Assembly (NCBI RefSeq): GCF_003184905.1
Contig: NZ_QFRU01000009.1
Location: 32,150-72,149, forward strand
DNA: 40,000 bases
Reading direction: 5' to 3'
From: Bacillus sp. CGMCC 1.16541
GTDB lineage: Bacteria > Bacillota > Bacilli > Bacillales > Bacillaceae_H
Shown here: positions 1 to 7,503 of the stretch, one piece after another
How positions within the stretch are numbered: position 1 is the stretch's first letter
How the letters are laid out: the number at the start of each line of letters is the position of its first letter
Position numbers and translations under genes: made by a program
The notes under the pieces: generated by a model
Told to the model about the DNA's origin: nothing
Databases searched by the model: none
What the model saw: only the letters and a program-made list of their open reading frames with translations

Positions 1-413
1 ATTGCCCTTCGTGCAAATCCGACAACAATCTTGTCGATTATCAGCAAGTCGTTTCTTATCGAATTTTGAAAACAACAGAAGTTGACAACATTTTCCGACT
101 ATTTGAAGAGAGCTTTGGCCGCCTTCTCTCTCCTATCGAAATGCAAATGATCGGGCAATGGCAAGAAGAAGGCTTCGACCCTGCACTAATAAAGCAAGCT
201 CTTCGAGAAGCAGTCCTTCGAGAAGTAAAAAACCTCAAATATATTGACCGCATCCTCTTCAATTGGAGAGAAAAAGGAATTGATACGGTGGATAAAGCAA
301 AAGAGCACAGCCGAGAACATCACAGACATAGAAATTATAGTCGAAATACAAGTACGCCAGAACGCGAGACAACCACTCGCGCAGTCCCTTTCTATAACTG
401 GCTCGAATCTTAA
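1..413 (+). CDS. DnaD-domain replication protein, C-terminal part (5' end outside window)
   Basis: The frame is open from nt 3 with no stop. The motif FEESFGRLLSPIEMQMIGQWQEEGFDPALIKQALREAV...YIDRILFNWREKGI is typical of the DnaD/DnaB_2 C-terminal domain. Confidence 0.6.
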   Translation, partial: CPSCKSDNNLVDYQQVVSYRILKTTEVDNIFRLFEESFGRLLSPIEMQMIGQWQEEGFDPALIKQALREAVLREVKNLKYIDRILFNWREKGIDTVDKAKEHSREHHRHRNYSRNTSTPERETTTRAVPFYNWLES

Positions 414-432
414 TAAAACGGAGGAGAAATTC

Positions 433-777
433 ATGTTAAACAATCTCGAAAAAGTTAAATCAACCATTTCGAAAGCTGTTGTTCTTGACCCAAAAATTGA
501 AGCGATTCAAAAAGCTCGTGCTGATCTGTTTATGGCTTACCACGATTTCGAAAATGCTGAAGGAGATTATGTGGACGTTGCAATCCATAAGTTAATCGCT
601 GCTGAACATCAATACGGGCTTACTCTTGCGGAACATACTGAGGTTATCCAGGACGGAATATTTGATGCGGATAATAACATTGTATGTCGTGGGATTCTTC
701 GAAAAATAACGGTCGGGAAAGTTTTGGAGCTTCACGAAAAAGAAACTGACAGCGTTTTTCTTGACGTGGCGATCTGA
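433..777 (+). CDS. hypothetical phage protein
   Basis: ATG at 433 follows the RBS acggaggag. The longer tracked ORF (244..) overlaps the DnaD gene and has no RBS. Confidence 0.55.
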   Translation: MLNNLEKVKSTISKAVVLDPKIEAIQKARADLFMAYHDFENAEGDYVDVAIHKLIAAEHQYGLTLAEHTEVIQDGIFDADNNIVCRGILRKITVGKVLELHEKETDSVFLDVAI

Positions 778-786
778 GGAGGAAAC

Positions 787-1155
787 GTGATGCAAGTCCA
801 ATATATTCATGTTGATATCGACCAAAATCCAAGGCCTTATATTGTTACAAATAACAACGGAACGACAACAGAAGTCGAGGGTATTCAAGTCAAATGGGGA
901 AACGTTGAGTTTTTCGCAATGTTATGTCGTGACGAAGAAACAAAAATGTATTTCTGGCGCATGTGTGATGCACAGTATGGAACCTTCTTCAATCAGTCGC
1001 CATTAGGAACTGAAGAAGAAATGGATAGGATTCTGGAACCGTTCGTCATGACATCTCTTATCAAAATATTGAAAGTCGTCCATTTTAACGAGGAAAAGTA
1101 TTACGAATTCGCTAGTAAGATGCATCAAAAAACAACTGGCGGCAAACTCCATTAA
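787..1155 (+). CDS. hypothetical phage protein
   Basis: 122-aa ORF with GTG/ATG start after the RBS gaggagga. Confidence 0.55.
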   Translation: MMQVQYIHVDIDQNPRPYIVTNNNGTTTEVEGIQVKWGNVEFFAMLCRDEETKMYFWRMCDAQYGTFFNQSPLGTEEEMDRILEPFVMTSLIKILKVVHFNEEKYYEFASKMHQKTTGGKLH

Positions 1156-1166
1156 TCATTTGCACA

Positions 1167-1192
1167 GATGGTATGACCCGTTTCATACCATC
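1167..1192 (+). other. 10-bp perfect hairpin (gatggtatga / tcataccatc, loop cccgtt) with no U-tract
   Basis: Read directly from the sequence in the 105-bp gap after the 787..1155 gene. Confidence 0.3.
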
Positions 1193-1260
1193 GATGGAGG
1201 TGATTAATAAAAAAGAAATCTTCCCTTACTACATAGCTGGGGAATTTGGGTGGTGAGACT

Positions 1261-1395
1261 ATGGCTCAAACTCGCTACGTTGTTTGTCACGGATCAGCAA
1301 CTCGTGATGGAGAAAAGCTTAGCGTAATCACCATTTATGAACCAGGAGTACCAAAACAACAAATCAAGGAAGATTTACCATACACCAAGAATTGA
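1261..1395 (+). CDS. small hypothetical protein (44 aa, MAQTRYVVCHGSATRDGEKL...)
   Basis: ATG preceded by ggtggtga. Below the ORF-track size cutoff and translated by hand. Confidence 0.35.
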   Translation: MAQTRYVVCHGSATRDGEKLSVITIYEPGVPKQQIKEDLPYTKN

Positions 1396-1461
1396 GGACT
1401 TCTATCTTTGAGAGATAAAGGTTCAGAGTGGCTGAAGCCTATGAAAGCGAGGTGAAAATCT

Positions 1462-1818
1462 ATGATACTCGCAATTATCAATTCTTTTCTTTTGTTGTAC
1501 ATCTCTTTCCTTCTTTATCAGCTGAACAAAATTGTTAAGAATGCCAAGAAAACAGAAAATGAATTTTTGTCCATTGTGAAACGACATAAAGAAGTTCATT
1601 TATTTTGGGTTGATAGGTACAAAAATCTGTTTGAACTTTTTTCTTGTGCTCATGTAGAAGCAGCTGCAACAGAAAGGGAATGGAAAAAGGAACTCAATAC
1701 TTGGCGTGAACGTCGAGTTCTCCTTGAGAAAGCGATGAAATCGCCTAATTTGAGAAAGAAGAAAATTCGAGGAAAACGTAAAAAGGCTAAACAGCAATTA
1801 AGGAGGGAAATATTTTGA
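1462..1818 (+). CDS. hypothetical protein with N-terminal hydrophobic segment and basic C-terminus
   Basis: RBS gaggtga before the ATG. N-terminus is ILAIINSFLLLYISFLLY. Confidence 0.5.
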   Translation: MILAIINSFLLLYISFLLYQLNKIVKNAKKTENEFLSIVKRHKEVHLFWVDRYKNLFELFSCAHVEAAATEREWKKELNTWRERRVLLEKAMKSPNLRKKKIRGKRKKAKQQLRREIF

Positions 1819-2030
1819 AGCCTCATGAACAAATTGAACTTGAACTTTACAAGGACCAATTAAAGAAGGATGAACGAATCCTATTCGCCGCTTATCCATT
1901 TGTCGCAAAGATGACGAAATCCTATTACGATCAGCTGATTGAAAGTGGGTTTAATCCAGAACAAGCCCTTCGTATCGTTTGCGCCCACGGCTATACAGCT
2001 GGATTCAATAGTGGTGGAAATAACAAGTAG
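1815..2030 (+). CDS. hypothetical phage protein
   Basis: TTG start 7 nt after aaggaggg, overlapping the upstream stop. Confidence 0.5.
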   Translation: MKPHEQIELELYKDQLKKDERILFAAYPFVAKMTKSYYDQLIESGFNPEQALRIVCAHGYTAGFNSGGNNK

Positions 2031-2046
2031 AAAGCGAGGTGTTCTC

Positions 2047-2238
2047 GTGAAAAAGAAAATTGTTTTTGCTTCAGCTTTAGGGCTATTGTTGCTAACTGGA
2101 TGCCAGGAATCAACTATCCAATATCAAGGTGAAAGAATGCCTGTTTCGGAAGTTGAAGAAATCATTGCAGATCAACTTGAAGTCGAAAATCCTGACATGG
2201 ATTTAGAGGTTAGTATTTTTGAAGAATCAGATGATTAA
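2047..2238 (+). CDS. small putative lipoprotein
   Basis: GTG start after gcgaggtg. Signal peptide plus lipobox: VKKKIVFASALGLLLLTGC. Confidence 0.6.
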   Translation: MKKKIVFASALGLLLLTGCQESTIQYQGERMPVSEVEEIIADQLEVENPDMDLEVSIFEESDD

Positions 2239-2250
2239 GGATGTTGAAAA

Positions 2251-2949
2251 ATGAGTGTCCATGAAAAGAACATGATTAAATTGTTTGAACGCATGAGATA
2301 TCGTCATGATTTATTTACGGTTTTCTCGGATTTTATCGAAATGACCGCAATTGCGATTTCTAATTCAGTGGACATCTGGCAGCGAAACAAACGTGAGAAG
2401 CGTTATTTAGATATCACAAAGCGTTATACGAAGGAAGAGGTGGAGCTCTTCCCTCAACTGCTGGTCGAGCTCACGGATGCGTTAGAGAAAAAGCCGTCAG
2501 ATGTCCTAGGTAATATTTTCATGCAATTAGAGTTATTTAGCAATTGGAAAGGGCAATTTTTTACTCCTATGTCGGTATGCGAGTTAATGGCCGAGCTAAT
2601 AATTGTTGACCGTATGAAAGAAATCGAAGAGCGAGGCTATTTTACCATCAACGAGCCTGCTGTAGGTGGTGGTGCAACTATTATCGGTATGGCTAATGTT
2701 CTCCAGAAGAGAAAAATCAATTATCAAAGGGTCATGAGAGTAACTGCTCAAGACATTGATATCAAATCTGTTCATATGTGTTACATCCAATTGAGTCTGT
2801 TAGGCATCGATGCAGTTGTAATGAGAGGAGATACTCTCGCAATGAAGTTTGATGAGACCTGGAAGACACCAGCTCATATCTTTGGATGGACACAAAATCA
2901 TATCAGGAAGGAAGATGAACGTGGCGAAAAAAGTGTCAATGTTATCTAA
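2251..2949 (+). CDS. N6-adenine DNA methyltransferase-like protein, truncated and lacking the catalytic NPPY/F motif
   Basis: Contains GQFFTP (motif X), NEPAVGGG (motif I-like), AQDID and GDTL. The protein ends ~35 aa after GDTL, with TPAH where NPPF/Y is expected. Confidence 0.65.
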   Translation: MSVHEKNMIKLFERMRYRHDLFTVFSDFIEMTAIAISNSVDIWQRNKREKRYLDITKRYTKEEVELFPQLLVELTDALEKKPSDVLGNIFMQLELFSNWKGQFFTPMSVCELMAELIIVDRMKEIEERGYFTINEPAVGGGATIIGMANVLQKRKINYQRVMRVTAQDIDIKSVHMCYIQLSLLGIDAVVMRGDTLAMKFDETWKTPAHIFGWTQNHIRKEDERGEKSVNVI

Positions 2950-3427
2950 TTACGAAGAGGTCCAACAAGCTCTTCGGGAAATCGGAGAAATTGATTTAAA
3001 AATCGAAGCTGAAGAAGCTGAGATGACAAAGCGAGTCAATGAAATTAAAGAAAAGGCACAAACAACCGTCGCTCCCCTAGTAGAGCGCCGCAAGGTTCTT
3101 GAAGAGCATATTGAATTATTCGCTGAAGCTCGCAAGAAGGACGACTTTTCAGAGAAGAAATCAATGGACCTGATATTTGGCGAAATTGGCTTTCGTTCTA
3201 CTGGAGGAGGCATTCGTGTAAAAAGTGTTAAATCCACCGTCGAGGCTCTCCTATCCCTTGGTGAAAATTACCGTCATTTATTAATCACGGAGCATAAGCC
3301 GAACAAGGAAGCGTTGGAAGGTGTGACTGACGACTTCCTAAAGAAAATCGGATGCACACGTCCGAAGAAAACGGATAAATTCTGGTATAACATTCACCGT
3401 GAAAGAATCGCTGAAGAAACAAATTAA
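2915..3427 (+). CDS. gam: Mu Gam-like host-nuclease inhibitor protein
   Basis: N-terminal coiled-coil (ALREIGEIDLKIEAEEAEMTKRVNEIKEKA...PLVERRKVLEEHIELF) followed by KKSMDLIFGEIGFRSTGGGIRV. This resembles the Phage_Mu_Gam family layout. The start is uncertain (2915 or 2939). Confidence 0.65.
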   Translation: MNVAKKVSMLSNYEEVQQALREIGEIDLKIEAEEAEMTKRVNEIKEKAQTTVAPLVERRKVLEEHIELFAEARKKDDFSEKKSMDLIFGEIGFRSTGGGIRVKSVKSTVEALLSLGENYRHLLITEHKPNKEALEGVTDDFLKKIGCTRPKKTDKFWYNIHRERIAEETN

Positions 3428-3441
3428 GGAGGTTTAATGTA

Positions 3442-3702
3442 ATGACAAAAGCAACTACTCCTCGTTCAGGTGGTCGGGCGAGAGAATTAATCGATTTACC
3501 GCAGGAAGCGAAAACTGAAACAGCTCCTTCGCTTCAGACTGGCACAGAAATTAATATTAACAAAAATGCAACAGCTTATGAGGTTGATCGCCTGCTTGAC
3601 GGAATGAAAGCCTTTGTAAATTGCTTTTCTGAAAATCAAGGATTCGTGCTTACTCTTAGTTTGAAGGAAGCAACTGCTGACGATACTGCTGAAGGTAAGT
3701 AA
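3442..3702 (+). CDS. hypothetical phage protein
   Basis: ATG after the RBS aaggagg; 86 aa. Confidence 0.5.
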   Translation: MTKATTPRSGGRARELIDLPQEAKTETAPSLQTGTEININKNATAYEVDRLLDGMKAFVNCFSENQGFVLTLSLKEATADDTAEGK

Positions 3703-3706
3703 ATGC

Positions 3707-4042
3707 ATGAATGATGTCGGCGTCTTTGCTAACCCTTGTGCAATATGCAGAAAAAGGAAAGCGACCAGGCTTTGTGATTATATTGTAGTATACGACCGCA
3801 ACCCTATCTTTTTTCGGGATTATGAAATGTTTAAAGAATCTTTAGAACATGGACATGACGAAACGTGCGATTTACCTTTGTGCGAATAATGTAGTCATGA
3901 AATGAACAAAGCTGACCTTTGCCCTCATCATTATTCTTTGCAGAAACAAGCGAGACTCCCAGAACATTTAGAAAAAATCAGGATGAGAAAAAAGGCTAAA
4001 ATGATAGCTGACTACTATCAGAATAAGGAGGGAAAGCAGTGA
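3707..4042 (+). pseudogene. Cys-rich zinc-ribbon-like gene interrupted by an in-frame TAA (3887-3889); alternatively two short ORFs (3707..3889 and 3902..4042)
   Basis: The same frame stays open after the TAA until TGA at 4040-4042, which overlaps the next gene's GTG (4039) as GTGA. The stop falls inside a C-E-stop-C (CxxC-like) spacing. Confidence 0.45.
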
Positions 4043-4263
4043 TTCAAGACAGAAGTAATTGGGTTACAAAAGAACAGCTAGATACTCCTTTGCGCGACAT
4101 ATTCCAAGGCGTTAAAACAAATGGGACTGCTAGAATTTATGTCGCTAGTTGCGAGGTTATCCTCGGAATAGAGCCATCTAATTTAGAAGCAATGAGCTAC
4201 GAAGAAATGAATAAATATATCGATTCACTAGATCGTCGAATGGCAGCGTTAGCCAATGGATAG
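4039..4263 (+). CDS. hypothetical phage protein
   Basis: GTG after aaggaggga; 74 aa. Confidence 0.5.
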   Translation: MIQDRSNWVTKEQLDTPLRDIFQGVKTNGTARIYVASCEVILGIEPSNLEAMSYEEMNKYIDSLDRRMAALANG

Positions 4264-4291
4264 ACATTAATTTTAAAGGAGCGTGAGGGTG

Positions 4292-4669
4292 ATGGGTGTT
4301 ACCAAAGCTCAACTAAAAAAAATATGGGCGACTGCAAAGGAGCTCGGATTGGATGAAGAAAGTCTTCGTGATGTGGTGGAGCAAGTATCGAAATCACGCT
4401 CCATCTCCTCTCTTTCCATCGACCAGGCTAACAAGGTAATAGACAGAATTGCTAATATGACGGTAGCTGGAATGGCAACAAAAAAGCAAATATGGCTGAT
4501 TGGAAAACTCGAAGAGGAACTCGGATGGGAGGATAATCCGAAGCGACTTCAAGCCTTTATGAAAAAATATGCTGGTGTCGATCGTATCGAGTGGCTTACC
4601 AGCGCAAAGGCTTGGCGAATCATTGAATCTTTGAAAAAGGTCAAAGAACGAAACCTCAAATCATCGTAA
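4292..4669 (+). CDS. GemA / Mu gp16-like regulatory protein
   Basis: The N-terminus KAQLKKIWATAKELGLDEESLRDVVEQVSKSRSISSLSIDQANKVIDRI matches the GemA (DUF1018) pattern. ATG lies 10 nt after aaaggag. Confidence 0.55.
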   Translation: MGVTKAQLKKIWATAKELGLDEESLRDVVEQVSKSRSISSLSIDQANKVIDRIANMTVAGMATKKQIWLIGKLEEELGWEDNPKRLQAFMKKYAGVDRIEWLTSAKAWRIIESLKKVKERNLKSS

Positions 4670-5139
4670 TGTTTGGATGTGATGGAAGTTTGAAAGTAAT
4701 ATCTATTATGCAGCCTTGGGCTAGTCTTATAGCCCTTGGTGAAAAGAAATTTGAAACGCGGTCCTGGAGAACGAATTATCGTGGGGAACTAGCAATTCAC
4801 GCAAGCAAGAAAATAGATCGCACTGCATGCAAAATGACTCCGATTGTTCAAACCTTAAATAAGCATAGCATCGTCCTTCTTAACGACCTACCAACTGGAA
4901 TGATAATCGCTACATGTAATCTGGAAGGATGCTACGAAGTGATGACAGAAGACGGTGAATCAGCGATACTGGAAGGTTGGAATAAATTCGTTTTCGATAA
5001 TGAATATAATTTCGGAGATTTCAGCGAAGGAAGATTCGCTTGGGAGCTATCGAATATAAGAACACTTAATAAACCAATCCAAGCTAAAGGTCAGCTTGGA
5101 TTGTGGAATTTTAAAGAGGGGTTGATTATGAATGAGTGA
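4669..5139 (+). CDS. ASCH (PUA-like) domain protein
   Basis: ISIMQPWASLIALGEKKFETRSWRTNYRGELAIHASKK is the typical ASCH N-terminal signature. TAATG overlap with the upstream gene. Confidence 0.6.
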   Translation: MFGCDGSLKVISIMQPWASLIALGEKKFETRSWRTNYRGELAIHASKKIDRTACKMTPIVQTLNKHSIVLLNDLPTGMIIATCNLEGCYEVMTEDGESAILEGWNKFVFDNEYNFGDFSEGRFAWELSNIRTLNKPIQAKGQLGLWNFKEGLIMNE

Positions 5140-5401
5140 AACTCCAATTACCATCTACTTCTCAAAAGAAACGGATGCTCATCGTAAGCCTCCATCTCCT
5201 TCTCCGTGGCGATTGCGTAAAACTCAATCAATCGTTGGTTGCGATCGCTGCCGTTGTAGAATCACTTTTGGTAAAGTGAACGGAGAGAAATTCGACCAAT
5301 ACTACCAGAAAGGAACTGGAAAGCGTTTGTGTCCAGATTGCTATACAGAGATAATCGGGGTGTTTGAAGATGGAGAAATGGATGGAACAACTAAAGATTG
5401 A
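5132..5401 (+). CDS. hypothetical protein with CxxC...CxxC zinc-ribbon pattern
   Basis: Contains CDRCRC ... CPDC; 89 aa. Confidence 0.5.
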   Translation: MSETPITIYFSKETDAHRKPPSPSPWRLRKTQSIVGCDRCRCRITFGKVNGEKFDQYYQKGTGKRLCPDCYTEIIGVFEDGEMDGTTKD

Positions 5402-5693
5402 AGACTTACCTGAAGTCTATCAATCTCTCGCTGAGAGTTTAGGAGTCGAGGGTGTCATCAAGCTTTCTGAAACGTTCGGCGGTGCGTATATGTATATCCC
5501 TAAACCTGACAAACTACTTCAAATCGCACGGAATGCCGCAATAATGGATCGTTACAGAAAAGGTAAATCTATACGCAGCATTGCCAGAGAGTTCAAATTA
5601 ACAGATGTTCGAATCCGAGCGATAATCGCTGAGGAAACAATGAATGAAAATCAAATCAGCATTTTTGATATTGAGGATGAGGACCAATCGTAA
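5382..5693 (+). CDS. mor: Mor-family transcriptional activator
   Basis: The sequence LAESLGVEGVIKLSETFGGAYMYIPK...IARNAAIMDRYRKGKSIRSIAREFKLTDVRIRAII matches the Mu Mor layout, including the C-terminal HTH. The start is ambiguous (5364, 5370 or 5382). Confidence 0.65.
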   Translation: MEQLKIEDLPEVYQSLAESLGVEGVIKLSETFGGAYMYIPKPDKLLQIARNAAIMDRYRKGKSIRSIAREFKLTDVRIRAIIAEETMNENQISIFDIEDEDQS

Positions 5694-5722
5694 AGCGCCT
5701 TCTTGTGAGGGCGCTTTTTTTT
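5694..5722 (+). terminator. Rho-independent terminator after the Mor-like gene
   Basis: Stem agcgcc / ggcgct followed by an 8-T run. Confidence 0.7.
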
Positions 5723-5875
5723 AATAGGAAATCTTTTTATAGAAACCCCTTGTATTGAATGTAAAATTTCAACAATTATTTATTCTTATATTACTTCGAA
5801 AAACCTAAGCTTTTGTTAGAAATATTTTCTAGCAAGAGCTTATTTTATTTTCTTGGCATAAAGGTGGTGGAAAAC

Positions 5876-6142
5876 TTGGCTTGGGAACATGCCTTTAACA
5901 TCATCATCTCGTTGATGATTGGTATCATTGCTTTCTACATGAAAGCAGAGAGAAGTCGAACAAATGAAGAAATTAACAGAAACGCTGAACATGTCACAAA
6001 GTTAGATGATCGTATAGATGAACTCGAACGAAGCTTACCGTTTACCTATGTAACACGAGAGGATTATATTCGCCAGCTGGCGCAAATCGATAACAAGCTT
6101 GACAAAATTTATTCATCACTCGAAAGGGGGCGTAAAGATTGA
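5876..6142 (+). CDS. small membrane-anchored coiled-coil protein
   Basis: TTG start 6 nt after aaaggtggtgg. Has a TM segment (FNIIISLMIGIIAFY) followed by a coiled-coil. Confidence 0.45.
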   Translation: MAWEHAFNIIISLMIGIIAFYMKAERSRTNEEINRNAEHVTKLDDRIDELERSLPFTYVTREDYIRQLAQIDNKLDKIYSSLERGRKD

Positions 6143-6450
6143 GCGATGTATTACAGACCGTCAAAAACAAGAAAACAAGAGGATATATTCTTCGCATATT
6201 AAAGCTATCTTACCCGCAAGCTGTTGGAACAAATATTTTAGATGTATGCCTTATTGATGCAGGACTAGGAACGACAAGCGGAAAGCTAATCGGCCACCTT
6301 AAATACTTGGAGGATAAAGGATATGTCCGAGTAAAAGATGTGGAACTATCAAAAGTAGCGAAGTCCATGCATTTAGTCGAGCTGACGTCAGCAGGCATTG
6401 ACATTTTAGAAGGAACAGTTGTTGACCCAGGGGTGAATGTAGATGACTAA
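6139..6450 (+). CDS. putative winged-helix DNA-binding protein
   Basis: 103 aa. GYILRILKLSYPQ...LIGHLKYLEDKGYVRV resembles a wHTH. Start overlaps the upstream stop. Confidence 0.45.
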   Translation: MSDVLQTVKNKKTRGYILRILKLSYPQAVGTNILDVCLIDAGLGTTSGKLIGHLKYLEDKGYVRVKDVELSKVAKSMHLVELTSAGIDILEGTVVDPGVNVDD

Positions 6451-7006
6451 AGCTGGTCGCCCTCGCAAGCATCGGAAACACTTCAAAGTCGAACAATTGA
6501 AATGCAGGGCGATGGTCGATCGGATGTTATCAGACGGTTATACCTACGAGGATATCGTTGCAGCTGTGCAAGCGAAAGGCGAAAGCATCACGGCAGCATC
6601 TCTCTCTCGTTATCACGGTTCTTTTGAAAGAATAGCTGAACGGATTACAAAAACACGAGAGCAGATGAAAGTGCTTGTAGAAGCCGTGAGAGACAAGCCT
6701 AACACAGACCTTGCTCAAGTAGCTAACGAGCTCATGATGCAAAGTTTAATTGAGCGCATTTCTACTGCTCAAGATGAGTTCAGCGAAATCCCTCTGGATA
6801 AAGTCGGTAGGTTAGTCGCCAGCCTTGAAAGGTCGGCCACTGCTCGCGAAAAACTCAAGTATGAGTATGACAAAGGTATTACAGCTGCCAGTGAAGCGTT
6901 TAAGCAACGAATGCAGGAAGAATTGAAGAATCATCCTGACTTGTTGTTAAGAATGCTCGAAGTCGCTGAAGAGGTACAAACACAGCTATTAGAAGAGAAG
7001 AAGTAA
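6443..7006 (+). CDS. terminase small subunit, Mu gp27-like (DUF3486)
   Basis: N-terminus GRPRK..., then an HTH-like stretch (YEDIVAAVQAKGESITAASLSRYHGSF) and a long helical tail. Lies upstream of the large terminase. Confidence 0.6.
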   Translation: MTKAGRPRKHRKHFKVEQLKCRAMVDRMLSDGYTYEDIVAAVQAKGESITAASLSRYHGSFERIAERITKTREQMKVLVEAVRDKPNTDLAQVANELMMQSLIERISTAQDEFSEIPLDKVGRLVASLERSATAREKLKYEYDKGITAASEAFKQRMQEELKNHPDLLLRMLEVAEEVQTQLLEEKK

Positions 7007-7042
7007 ACTCCGTTTAAATGGCATTTGAAGGAGGTGAAAACC

Positions 7043-7138
7043 ATGAGTGAACAAACGAATACATGCGCTGTTATTGGATTGGCAGAAGTCGATATCGAGC
7101 AATTAGTAAATGAGTTCGGCTACGATGCTGATCGATAA
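7043..7138 (+). CDS. small hypothetical protein (31 aa, MSEQTNTCAVIGLAEVDIEQLVNEFGYDADR)
   Basis: Strong RBS gaaggaggtga 6 nt upstream. Translated by hand. Confidence 0.4.
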   Translation: MSEQTNTCAVIGLAEVDIEQLVNEFGYDADR

Positions 7139-7171
7139 TACGAAGCAGGAGTCGAATTCGATGGTGCTGTC

Positions 7172-7375
7172 ATGCTTGAACTATTCAAAGAGGGCGAAAT
7201 CGTCAAACGGAAATCCGAGGATCACGGCTATCGCTTAGATGTAATAGACGATTACGAAAACTCTATCCCTGCTGCCGCAATGATTGATTCCAATGGGAAC
7301 ACAATCGGGATGAGTGGCTTTACAGTGGAACAGTTGCTTGCTACTGATTGGCAGATTATGCGGATTGGGAATTAA
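7172..7375 (+). CDS. hypothetical phage protein
   Basis: 67-aa ORF with no strong RBS. Confidence 0.4.
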   Translation: MLELFKEGEIVKRKSEDHGYRLDVIDDYENSIPAAAMIDSNGNTIGMSGFTVEQLLATDWQIMRIGN

Positions 7376-7395
7376 CTGCTGCTTGTGCTTTTTGG

Positions 7396-7423
7396 TTGTT
7401 TAACATGTATTTCTCCCTAATAT
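7396..7423 (+). promoter_or_regulatory. candidate sigma-A-type promoter (TTGTTT - 16 nt - TAATAT)
   Basis: Hexamers read at 7396-7401 and 7418-7423. It would start transcription around 7430, at the first hairpin of the non-coding locus. Confidence 0.35.
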
Positions 7424-7427
7424 AGCT

Positions 7428-7450
7428 GGTCTCGTATGGTTGGCGAGACC
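7428..7450 (+). other. hairpin ggtctcg / cgagacc (9-nt loop) followed by gccttttat
   Basis: Read directly from the sequence. Could be the terminator of the upstream gene or the 5' element of module 1. Confidence 0.5.
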
Positions 7451-7459
7451 GCCTTTTAT

Positions 7460-7503
7460 GCGAGGAAGGTATTAGATCGGTTCGACTCCGATCCCTCGCT
7501 CCA
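7460..7503 (+). ncRNA. tRNA-like minihelix 1: acceptor stem + T arm + encoded CCA, no D or anticodon arm
   Basis: Layout: gcgagga | aggtattag | atcgg ttcgact ccgat | ccctcgc | t | cca. The acceptor stem has 6 Watson-Crick pairs plus an A:C mismatch. The T stem is 5 bp with a canonical T-loop. Confidence 0.6.

Noticed and set aside
244-432. N-terminal extension of ORF 244..777
   Set aside because: It overlaps the DnaD-domain gene in another frame and lacks an RBS. ATG 433 has a good RBS.
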